Made by a program: the position numbers and the translations under genes. From Vermamoeba vermiformis (taxonomy: Eukaryota), in NCBI GenBank assembly GCA_045837725.1, contig JBEWZL010000286.1, positions 1 to 63,332 of the forward strand: a stretch of 63,332 bases of DNA, written 5' to 3'. The notes under the pieces are model-generated. The model ran no database searches. It had not been told where the DNA came from and saw only the letters and a list, made by a program, of their open reading frames with translations. How positions within the stretch are numbered: position 1 is the stretch's first letter; each line of letters starts with the position of its first letter. Below are positions 11,911 to 23,947 of this stretch, piece after piece.

Positions 11911-13313
11911 ATGCTAAAGTTCGCCAACGACACGCGTCTTCCCCTGGAAGAAAGAGAAGGCTTCAAAAAATCCGACCGTTCATTTCTGAATCACCTCGAA
12001 GCACTAAGCAAATCGGCTCGATTCGGCAAGTGGACCATCGAGATAGAAGATCCCAAAGCACTCTACGACGTAGGCCCATACGCTCCAAATGTTGAAATGG
12101 CTTTCCGCATTATTGATGAGTTGATGCCAAATCTAAAAAATAGATTTGAAAATTTATATACGCCAATGCGAGATCGACTCCAAAAAACAGTAACGAACCT
12201 TAAAATCATCATCCGCGCGGATCCAAATGCACCAAGCGCCTGCACGACAACTTTCAGCGACGGAAATATGATATTCAGAGTCAAGGAATTTGGCTTGTTA
12301 AGCGAGTGGGGCAGCGATATGCTGATGCAACTCGAATTGCACCAGACCAGCGGAGGTACAATGACGTCAGAACTCGGTGCCTCACTCTCATCCTCACTCA
12401 AAAATGGCACTCCAAACTCACCCGAAGAAGCAGTCCAAACTATATTGAAGATGGGTGCAGCAGACAAACCACTAACCAAAACCGACGACTTTCCACTTTT
12501 GATATGCGTCGGATGGTGGAAGCCCAAGATTGCCAAGCTGTTGCTCGATGGCGGGGCCAACGTGAACATTCGCGACAGCAATCAACGCACTCCTCTCCTG
12601 CTGGCTTGCTATTTAGCTTCCGAGAGTAACTTAACTGACTGCATGAACTACTTGCCTATGATTGAACTGCTGTTGACACGACCAGACGTCGATGTCAATG
12701 CACGAGACAAGCTGGACCGCACGCCACTGATGTACCTTGCACTCACTGGCCGCTTCAAAGGCATTGATCGATTGCTCGATGATCCGCGCGTGGACGTCAA
12801 CTTGGAAAATCGGAAGATGCAGACTGCTTTGGACTTCGCCCAACAGTACAAAAACGAGTGGCTCGCGAAGGTCTTGACGAGTCGCAAAGGAGAGAAGAAG
12901 ACAGTGCCTCCCCCACCACCCTCAGTTCCCAGGGCACCGTTGGCTCCAGCAGTGAAGAAGACAATTCAGAACACCAGCACTCGACCACTGTACCCACCAG
13001 CTCCCCCAACAGCACCAGTGCCAAAAACTAGCGCTGCTCTGCCCAAATCGAGTACGGTTACCACAAGTCCGCCAACTAACTCTACCAAATCGCAGCGAGC
13101 AACTAAAATCATTAAAGATTTGCTCCAGGCGCACTGTAAGTTTTGAACAGTCTTAGAAATAGCGTTTACTTACCTTATCTGCGCCTAGACGATGCGCATT
13201 TGGACTTCACTCTTGCCCTAATCGAGCCGGAACCTCTACCCAAAATTGACCAGAGTTTCGCGGAGTTCGCAAGTAAACTAGAAGCTGCGCTTCGGCAAAT
13301 GAAGGCTTTGTAA
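11911..13313 (+). CDS. Ankyrin-repeat protein with proline-rich region, paralogue of 10759-11670
   Basis: GANVNIRDSNQRTPL and DVNARDKLDRTPLM repeats. One intron (~13136-13188), stop at 13311-13313. Confidence 0.85.
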
Positions 13314-13428
13314 TAACTGCAATCAAGTATTAAACTCGGATGATTGTATTAGAAGCTTACCTTTGTTTATTTTATAAAGCAACACGAGTTAAATCGAATG
13401 ACTCACTGGTTGCAATACCTTTGTTGAG

Positions 13429-15932
13429 TCAGACAGACTCATCATCAACGATGGTGTTTTCAGCAATAAACATCTCAACAAGCGGGACAAGCAGATCCTT
13501 AATGGCACCCTCAAGTGCAAGTTTGTCCACGAGCGAGCCGATCTTGAACACGGTGGACAAATCGCACTTGTCAATGAGCAACAACTCCTGGCCCGTCACC
13601 TGAGGACACCGTGTTAGTTCAGAGCCACTTTCATACCAAAAACTTACCTTGTGCTGTTTAAACACGTCGACATACTTCTCAAATCCGACGGAGACTAGCC
13701 ATTGACACGTGTCATCAGTGCTCCAATGAAACACTCCTGGCGGATTTTCATAAATACTGCGCCAATTTTTCAACAAGAACACGGCCTTTTGAAGCTTTTT
13801 GGTGTCTTTCCAGGCCATGCCAAGATCTTGCATTAAGTCCCAGGTGTTGAGGTTGGGGAGTACAGCACCATTAATCTCGTTGGAAGCGAACTTGTCAACA
13901 CACTTTCCAATGTTCAATTCTCTGAGCAGCATGGCAACGTCGTCTGTGCTCCATTCATTAAGGGGCTGCTGCATCTTGGCCATTTGCGTCTCGTACTGTG
14001 CAGTCGTAGCATGTTGTCGGCGGGCCAGTAACTCTGCATTGACTTTAGCGGCTTTGAGAATGTCTTCAGTCAACACAGCAGGAATTTTCTTCTTTAAATA
14101 CTCCACCCGGTCTTGATCGTATTCCTTCTTCAATCGTTGGATTTGCAACTCGAGCTTCCGTTTCTTTTCTTCTAACTGAGCTAAAAGCTCCTTTTTCTCG
14201 TGCAGTGGTCCAGCGATGCGAGATAGCTCCGTGTCATTGCTGCTCGATCGCTGTTCTAAAGCTCTTAGCTTAGCACTCAGCTTTGCCATAGCCTTGTCAT
14301 AGAACTCTTTCATTCGATGCGTGTCGAGCTCTTTCTTCATGATCACGTCAATGCGCACTTCAGGATGCGACGCGAGAATGTCTGTTGCATCCTCGTGCTG
14401 ATGAATCTTAAGCTTGCCGTAGTTGGGCCAGTCGCACAAACTCGATGGACATGCATCTGCTTCGTTCTGTTCATCTACTTCAGCCTGTTCTTCTTCAGTG
14501 AGAATATTGTAGTCCACTTCTGAGTCATCGGCAAGATTGTTCACGACACGCAATTCTCGTCGCGCGCACAAGAGCTGTCGAAACGCCTTCACGAGCTCAG
14601 CTGGCAAGCCATTTTCTGCACGATTGATTAATGTCTATTGTCCTCCTGACGAGTGACTTACTTGCAATGCGCATAAATCGCAAGGTGACGCTCTCTCGCA
14701 GTACGTCAATAAAACCAGAGAAATTAGCAAGCGATAGACCAACATTTTGCAAGTTTAATTCGACGAGCTTTTTGTTGATATTAAGGGCTTCATAGAGCTG
14801 AGTATAATTGCCATTGATGGGATTTCCTTTGAAAAACCGTCAAACACTGAATATTGTAGTATGATAGCGATTATACCTGACAAATCGAGAAGCGTCAAGG
14901 TGGAGTTGGCTTCCAACAATGATGCGATGTCTGCAAGACTGTTTATCTTAGCACCTGGTGTATATGTTGTGAGCAACAAATACCAAGTAATGTCGTGCTG
15001 TACCTCGTAGCTCTAAGATCTCCAAGTACGTGTTTTTTACCAGTCCAACGGCCATGAAACCGACTCCTCGATCTCCGATAGGATTATCTACAAACGATAA
15101 AATAAGCATATAATCTACCGTTTATATATACTACTTACTATCTAGAATGAGGTGGCATATCTTAGACGTCTTTAACGGTCCTGATACCCATTCGCCATCG
15201 AGCTTGATGTCATTGTCTAGAAATTTATTAGGAAACCAATAACCTTGCCCTGCCAGATCTTACCCGATAAATCGAGCTTGTTCATAGTTTGACTGGTCGC
15301 CATGTACTCCCAGATTAGTTTCGCGTCCACATCCAACAACTTGTTTCCTGCACCACGTATTATTGCTTCGTTGATTGCAAACTAAGTTACCTGACAGATC
15401 CAAGCTCTCTAACATAGTCAAGCTCTGTAACGAGGCCAGTATAGGGGCTATAGAACGTGAAGGGAGGTGATTGCCTATTGATATCTGTCAGATCAAATGT
15501 CAAAAATTTATTGATACTGACCCGCCAAGCAAAGTTCGAGGATTCGGCTGTCTTTTAATGCATCTCCTAATAATTTAGTGCCTACTGGACCGATTAAACT
15601 ATCTACAGGACAATTTAATTATTGATGTGCCGACATCCAGAACTCGAATTATCTTCGATTACCTGTCAAATCGATTCTGCGATAAGATGCAAAAAGCTCG
15701 AAGCTTATCTTCTTTTCTATAGCTTGGGAGCATTGAGAGTTCGATTTAACCCTGAATAAATCAGATTAATTTCCATTCTGCTGTCTATTTGTTGTACTTA
15801 CACGGTCTTTTCTTTGGTCTTTTCCTTCTTTTTCTTCGGTGCTTCAAGTTTGTCCCCTTTTCTCTTTTTAGACTCCTTCGGTGGCCACCCCACAGGGAGA
15901 CCATCATCGATGATCAAAGGCACCTCGCTCAT
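13429..15932 (-). CDS. RNI-like LRR + coiled-coil + tandem SAM domain protein
   Basis: Short exons each encode an LxxLDLxxNxI repeat. A coiled coil follows, then two SAM domains (EWSTDDVAMLL...EINGAVL; HWSTDDTCQWLVSVGF...VTGQELL). Confidence 0.8.
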
Positions 15933-16370
15933 TGTGAATTGCCTGGGAAAAAAACAATACGTGTGCGTTTTCTATTTGAAAATCGATAAAGAGTTCAATG
16001 GCAGGGCAAAAAAAATTTTTGACACTTTCAGATCAGCATTAATAATTCTGTGTGAACGAAACAACGTTGTTTAGGCGGGAACCAAAATTATTTAATTATC
16101 TAGAATTTTACCAGATTTTTGTAGTCTCGAGCTCAAGGCTCCTTCCGTAATCCATCCAAACAGTTTGCTGTAACTCAGGAACGAGTAAGTAGTGTTACAT
16201 CTTACAACTACGACATATTTGTTCTATTGTGGGTGATTGCGATGAAAAATCAATGCTTTGGCCTGGAACTATTTTTGTCTGTTCAACAAACTCCGATCAG
16301 ACTGCCGCCAAAATTCATTTGACGACCAGAGCTCATTATATTTATTCGACTTATTATTTATCACATACTG

Positions 16371-17157
16371 ATGGCAGACAACGTTTACGCACAAACAGGT
16401 GCAGGAATACAGCTCGATCCAGAAGGAGAACGCGCCAAAGACAAAGACGACCACTTTGATGTGACTAAAGACAAGTTATACGATGGAGATCCAGATTGGT
16501 ACGATGCGGAGATGGACGAGGAACTCGCTGATCATTTCCTTGACAAGCACTTGGGACCTAACCGAGGAAGTAAGATCCACTTACATTAAAAAATTAACTT
16601 AATTCGTAAAATCGTAATTTTTAATTGCCAACTATACTTACCTATTATAAAACGTTATACAGCATTTATTTATTTTGAAAATTTTAAAATTGGAATTCTT
16701 TTATTCCACCCCAACACCACAATCTTTGATAGGCACGGAAATAAATCATGATTAAAATAAATAAATGCTAATCTTTACTTTTTTTTGCAGAGCCAAAGAC
16801 GGATGCAGTTTTGAGTTGTCCCGGCTGTTTCTCCGTTTTATGTGATCAATGCCAACAGTAAGTATAATAATAATACATAACTAGCGGTTAACGTGCTATT
16901 ATAGACACGAAGAATATCAAAATCAATACCGTGCCATGTTTGTGACCGAGAACGTGGATGTCAACAAAGAAGACGAAATTGAATACAGAGACAAAGAGAG
17001 CAATCAATCGACTGATGGAAGTAATACAAATACAGATAGTAGTGAAGTAACGATATACAACCCCGTTAAATGCATGATTTGTGGCACTGAAGTTGGGATG
17101 TACGATAAGAAAGACGAGATCTATTATTTCTTCGACGTTATTGCGGCTGATAACTAG
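16371..17157 (+). CDS. EAPP: E2F-associated phosphoprotein (EAPP C-terminal family)
   Basis: Spliced TDAVLSCPGCFSVLCDQCQQH...QYRAMFV and NPVKCMICGTEVGMYD...YYFFDVIA. Confidence 0.9.
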
Positions 17158-17594
17158 ACCATATGAATGCATTCGTAATAATACTAATAGTATGATCCTG
17201 CATACAGCGCAGTAGAGAGGGTTAATCGGATCCTTTCAATTTTGTACTTGAATTAACTTGTAAATAGTCCTTCAACGAATGTTACTATGCATCTTATTAT
17301 TCAATATTAATACTCATTCGTTACATACGCTCAGAATCGCATTTTTTATTTGATTTTTAGTCAGTACACGATCATCTGAGGAAAATTAATGAATTCATTT
17401 CTATCCGTTACACAACGTTATATTTTACAAGCAATAGAAATAAATCATTAATGAGGTGGCAATAGCATGTAAAGTATGGTTTCTAATCTAAATTGGTTCG
17501 CAAATTGAAGCAGTAACTAATTATCTTTTAGCAGCCTACTTAACTCATTATAAGTACTTATAATAAGCCAATATCAGCTGCTAACATTGATTAA

Positions 17595-19558
17595 TCAATT
17601 AGATACGCTCAATTTCTTCAAAAAATCAATTATTTCGATATTTTGGCATCGATCTGCCATGTCAAATATAGTTCCTTCCAAGCCCTTTTAAGTGTTATTA
17701 GTACACTCGTCATTATATATTAAGCACGTAATATTGACTTACGCGTATATTCAGCGTGCTAAACAATTGTGATCTGCCTGGCACTGAGTTCAGCAAGGTC
17801 TGTAACAGCTCCACACTCAAATTTTTGGATCTCATCGCGTAATGCAATGGCGTGTCCCCAGTACTACAATTAGACAATATTAGAATTGCATTGAATATAC
17901 TCTATACCATTAACATTACGTACTTGGTCTTAACGTCAATTCTCGCGCCAGCTTGCAACAAGAACTCAGTCACGCTCAAATTGCCGTGAAAAGCAGCCTC
18001 GTGCAGCACAGTCTCGCCGCGCGCATTGCCAATGAGAATGTCACCGCTCTTAATCAACAGCTTGAGCAGTGTTGATTGTTTGCCGAGGTCTGATGCGCTC
18101 GTTGGTGAGTGACGTACAATGCGGAACAACGTGTCATTGACGAACTCAGTCTTCGCGACATTGAAGTTTGAGTGCAGCAACAAGTACAAACACACGTCGT
18201 ATTGACCTGACAGTTTGACCGCATTAGCTCGCTGGTAGTACAATAATAATCATAAGGACTCATCAACGTACCTTCATCAGCTGCCACTTGCAACAGGTTC
18301 TTGCTGTCCTTCTTGTGCTTGATGTTCATATCAAAGTCCTGGTCGTTAATGAAGCGCAGCATGGGCACGTGACCGCACTCACTCGCACGAAAGGCAATCT
18401 CTTCTTTGAGTGCATCAGGCAGCTCCTTCCATATGCCGTACATGAGTCCTACGACGTTCGAACAATACTTTGCTAATACACAGGTCAGTTGCACTGCAAA
18501 GAATCGCCCAGACTTCAAGAGCAAATCCGCTATGTCTTCATTCACCAAAAACACTGCCAGATGAAGTGCTGTTTGTTGAGACCTAGTAATATGACGTTAT
18601 TAATACATCTTGAATCTCTTGACGCGAGGTATGATAACGATATCGAAAATACTGACGCAAAATAAAGCGATGTTACCATATTAGGAAATTACAATTAAGC
18701 TTTCTTATGAAGACTAGCTAATTGTAACTTGAAATCCGACAATTCGTTGTCTTAAACAAACTATAGGACATTAAAGCCTAGGCTACTTACAAATTCGGAA
18801 TGTTGATCTTGGCTCCCCGCTTAATTAAGACTGCTGCGGCTTGATAATTCTTTATGGATATAGCTTTATGAAGTGCTGTGTTTCCGCTCTCATTTTGATG
18901 ATTCAGATCCAGTCCTAACACATTACAATCCGTTAGCAATCTCAATAAAATCTCACGGCGGGATTTGCGCTCTTTAAGCAGATCGGTGATTACTTACCTC
19001 GCTCCAAGGCCAAATCTAGTACATCGCCTAGTTTATTGATTGCGGAGTTCGATTTTGGCACTGACAAAGCCAGATGGTGCAAAAATGTTTTGTTATTAAT
19101 TGCTTGATCCAGTCGTATGTTTGGTGATTTTAATAATAATTTACAGCCAGTATACCAACCTAGATTTATATTGACATGTTAAATTGATTAAATTCGGCGT
19201 TGACGGGAATTTCAAACATTAAAAAACGGATTAAAGAAATTAAAATTGCAATTTAATATATGAATTAATTCTATGCAAGTGTTGTTATCTAGCACTTAAG
19301 TTAACACGTACTTTGCTTGGCGGCCATCTCAAGAGCAGTTAAGCCATTTTCATTCTTTATATTCACGTCAAAATCGCTTTGCAAGTACTGTACAAGCCTT
19401 TTCTTATTCTCTGTTATGTAAATAATAATAACAATAATTAGTACACCTTAACTGCCGAATTGCTCGTTGGATCCATCCAGATTCCAAGGTTATTTCGCCT
19501 TCAACGTACCTTGCTTAATACAAGTAAAGAACTCCTCGCGGTCATGATCAGGGTCCAT
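17595..19558 (-). CDS. Multi-exon ankyrin-repeat protein
   Basis: GNTALHKA, QTALHLAV and GETVLHEAAFHGN ankyrin motifs over many exons. ATG at 19558, stop at 17595. Confidence 0.8.
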
Positions 19559-20017
19559 AATTCATGGTGCTGTATTGTGCACGCTTCAGCTTTGTTAAAT
19601 TGAATAATTTTTTCGTAGCTTTATCGTTGTGCACCGATTCACCACAGAATCAAATTCGGGACTTACCGACTGCCTTAATACTCGTCTTAATAGCAGAAAT
19701 ACATAGTCAAGATTGAATGAGACATCTTTTCTCAGTATAGAACTGGTTCGAGCGCTTTTTTGAGACAGTACTTAAAGCTGAACGACGTATGAACTTGTCC
19801 ATTCGTTCCCGACGCAGGATCGATTGTTGCACGAGATGATATTGGTACAGTTGCAATACTATAATAGTCTTAGGCTTGCGGGGCGTGTTGGGTTGAGAGT
19901 TGAACTTTTTTTTTGTTGCAGATCTTTTTCAACACGACTAGAGAACCAAACCTGCGAATACTGGATTATATTATTTAATATTGATGATATCCATACGAAG
20001 TTACAATTAACAGCTAG

Positions 20018-22042
20018 ATGGAGGACGAACATCAGCGACTGTTATCGAAATCCGGATATAGAGACTACTTCCGCGAGGATGTCAAGATTCCTATTATTTA
20101 CTCTCCCAAATATAATATCACATTTTTTGGAATTGAAAAATTGCATCCGTTCGATTCTACAAAATATGCGAAAGGTAAGCCCATCCGATCGGAAAATTAT
20201 GATTTGCAAATTATAAATGCTGGAATTAAAAAATTAAATATAATGACCAATTAATAATGCATTAAAGTATTCATCATTTCAATGCCGAATTTTTTCGTGT
20301 TTCGTTTTCGGATCGCGAAAATTTAGAAAGCAAATTAAATAAGCTCTAACATATTCGATAGTACACGATCGCTTAATTGCTCTTGGTACCATTCCCCGCG
20401 ATGGATTTGCCGAACCAACTAAGCCTAGCGAGGAAATTTTGAAGATCGTGCATACTGAACGCTATCTCAACTCGCTTAAATGGTAATTATACTAAAATAC
20501 CATATTAACATCATCATTACTTTATATCCATATCATTACAATATTATTTCAAGTTGAATAGTTCCAATAACCGGTCCGGTCTGGATCCGCTAATATTTGT
20601 AGCTTATTTATTACATTTATTTACTAGCATTATTACTATTAAACTTGATTTTCATCATTTTGTTATATTTTTGCATTATTTAAGCCTTGCCTTAGTCTCC
20701 TGTATTCCAGTACAAATCGCATGCTCGGCGCTCAGCTCAATCCAAGACCACTGTCTACAATACTAATACATTCATATATAGGTCCCTAGTCCTCACACGT
20801 ATATTAGAGATTCCTATTCTCAGTGTATTTCCTCAGTTTGTGATCCAGCGCAAAGTGCTCGAGCCGATGTTGTACCAGACTGGCGGGACAATCATCGCAG
20901 GACAATTGGCACTCATTCACGGCTGGGCAATCAACTTGGGTGGTGTAAGTATAGTACAACATTATTATAGTGATAGCAGTACTTACAAATGATATTTCAT
21001 TAGGGATTCCATCATGCATCCGGTGACGACGGTGGAGGTTTTTGTGTGTATGCAGGTCAGTAGCGAATAGACTAATGTACTATAATATACCAGTCATTTA
21101 ATATCGTGCTATTTTTAGATCTGACACTGTCCATTAAATTACTGCGCATTGAAACGAACGTGACACGTGCCATGATTGTAGATCTGGACGCGCATCAAGG
21201 TAACCATAAATAGACCGAATATGGTGATGATAATTAACTCATTATGCCCATATTAGGCAATGGACACGAGCGAGATTTCATGAGCGATCAAAACGTGTTC
21301 ATCTTTGACATGTTCAACAGTTACATTTACCCGCACGACACTTACGCCATGCGACGCATTTCCAAAGCTGTCAAAGTGTCACCGGGCACGACTGAAGAGA
21401 TGTACTTGGCGAGCTTGAGAGGTACGTTGCTCGCAGGCTATAATGACTTATTTATGACCACGTGATCAATTGCGCTAATCCGTCCGTGCAGACACACTGC
21501 CTGAGTGCCTCGACAGTTTTCAGCCTGAAATTATCTTTTACAACGCGGGCACAGATTGTTTGAAAGGAGATCCGCTCGGCAACATGACACTCACTGCTGA
21601 CGGCATCAAAGAGCGCGATGAGATTGTGTTCCAAGAGGCACTTCGACGCAAAATACCGATTGTAATGGTCCTCAGCGGAGGATACGCACGAGGCACAGCA
21701 CAAGTGATCGGCGATTCCATTCACAATCTCGTGACCAAGTTCGATTTGCTGCGGAGGTGCGAGAAGAAAAGCAACTTTATTCCGCGCAATCAACCACTGT
21801 TCATGAACGAGGAGTCAAGCGCGAGTGAAGAACAGCACTCGTCATTGGACGACGAACAAATCATTGACCTCGAGCACGAAGAGCAGCACAACACCAACAA
21901 CGATAACGAGACAAATGAGTTCAAATTGAAAGAGAAAGTGAGTCACAGCCGTGACAGCATCGAAAAAAAAAGAAATAACAACAACAACAATATGAACAGG
22001 AGCAGTGACAGCGTGTCGCGTGAGGATGATGAAAACGTGTAA
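20018..22042 (+). CDS. HDAC11: Histone deacetylase 11 (class IV)
   Basis: PIIYSPKYNITFFGIEKLHPFD, GGGFHHA, GGGFCVYAD, VDLDAHQGNGHERDF, YNAGTD and SGGY motifs. Acidic/Asn-rich tail. Confidence 0.93.
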
Positions 22043-22205
22043 ATAGTGTAAATACAACCCTTATTAGTTAATTATTATTGCGATGTTTTGTAAATAAATT
22101 TGTTAAGCACGAAAAGGATCACCGAGAATGTCCCTAATCTCGACAGTAAAGATCCTAATGTGGATCCACTGTGAATATTTTGTAACGAGGAGTTGAGAAG
22201 GTTGT

Positions 22206-23244
22206 TTATTTTTCAGCAGTAACTGTTCCGTGCAACTGTTTGTGTCGCAGCGCTATCAACCACGCATTCGTGTCTCGCGTGACACTTTCAATATCCGCTT
22301 CTTCCCACCAAATCTGACTTTTGTATTTCTCTTCAAATTCTTCAATTTTTTTCTTCGTCATGTCCACCAACTCTTCTAAACTGTATTTATTCTCCCTAAT
22401 AGGCTCTAAAAACTTATCTTCTTGCTCATTTAATGTCAATCTGATAGCACGCTGTTGCGCGACGTCTTCAAACTCGAATAACATGCGCCATATTAAACAA
22501 TAAGCCACTTTTTGTTCGTCTAAAAATTTGTTGTTATTTGCTACTTTTTTCTTCTTAATTAACTGCATTTCAAATGGCTTTCCCGAGCCTTTCGCACTTC
22601 CTAAGAACTATAAAATAACAACAATAAGTTCTTTCAGCCTCACTGAAGCTATGGATCTGACGTACATTTTGCGCCGACATTTTGTTTAAGAATAAATTTC
22701 TTAGTTTTTTCAATTCTTTCCACTCTTCTGATTCATAGACCTTACTGGGGTCTGTTTCATCGACAAACAACATCTATATAATTAATATTAGGCTCGTTCG
22801 ACAGATCCAAGTACGCTAACGAGTGCTACTTACCTCCACCATGCCAGGTCGTCCTCTAATTAACATTTCGCAGAATTTCTTAATCTCGTGCATTTGCACT
22901 GTGTCTCCAACGGTGAAAGTCTCTTTGGCCGTGAAGAGAGAAATTTCTTTGTCGAGCGGAGCAAGAAAAACCCCTGATAATTTATTGGTTAAAATCGCCG
23001 CAATTAGGATTATGTTGTTGAGTGATTTATTAAATAATTTTGATTATTTTGTATTTTAGCGAATTTTTTCAGATTTTAATTTAGCTCAATAAACTTCTAG
23101 ACCAACACAACTATTATTACCTTGATATTTCATATTAGTAGGTGTTGCAGTAGAATTCCAAGTGCTCTGTGTGTCCATCAGAAATAATAATTTGCCATCT
23201 GCCTCGCCATTTTCCTGCAAGTACTTCTTGCCTAATAATTCCAT
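22206..23244 (-). CDS. Predicted nucleotidyltransferase-fold protein (Pol-beta superfamily), catalytic motif degenerate
   Basis: Spliced ...KYQGVFLAP...HEIKKFCEMLIRGRPGMVEMLF...LFLNK...FLGSAK... and C-terminal NAWLIALR fit the predicted-nucleotidyltransferase family. The GS...DxD motif is not visible. Confidence 0.6.
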
Positions 23245-23387
23245 AAATAACGCTTAATTTCGTGTATTTATTTCATACCTAGCGATAATAAATCTGTCGC
23301 GTGTTGCTCCATGTCTCTTTCGCCAAAATAGTTCTGTTTATTTTCAAGCCGAAGTTCACGAACAGAACTCCATATCAACTACTAAAG

Positions 23388-23742
23388 ATGGGCAAGTTAG
23401 CGCTATTTACATTAACTGCAGTCACTGTAGCCACGGTTGGTATTATTTATCAAGTACACCAGTCACAGCAAGAAAAAAAAGCGGTAAGCTCATTAGAAAA
23501 TTAAAATAAAATATGCGAGAGTTATTAACGATGAAGTGACGTATATTTATCCGTCTTGAGGATATTTTGAATTTTCTGATTTCGACTATCGAAGTTCATG
23601 AATTGGATCTGCTTGCTCCGAATGTCAAGTCACTAATAATTCATTTTATCAGCTAATGAAAGCCGGTCCTCAACGTGATGTTATTAGACGGAAAGAAAAA
23701 CAGTCAAAGAAGCTTGATGGACAAGATAGTTCAAATAATTAA
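23388..23742 (+). CDS. PET117: Cytochrome c oxidase assembly factor PET117-like
   Basis: Two exons: MGKLALFTLTAVTVATVGIIYQVHQSQQEKKA and LMKAGPQRDVIRRKEK. Confidence 0.75.
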
Positions 23743-23947
23743 GCCAAGATCCAACACGCCAATATTAGCTAAATTGTAAATTAACGTAGAGAGCATTCAA
23801 ATATTGAAAAGGAGATATTTCAAATAATGTACAGCTTTATTTATATAAAGAAACAAAATCGAGTCGAGCTATTTACAAAAAATCGAATCCGTCGCTTAAA
23901 AACTTAATTTTAAGCTTCAGGCTACTATAGAGAATAAAGAATAGGGC

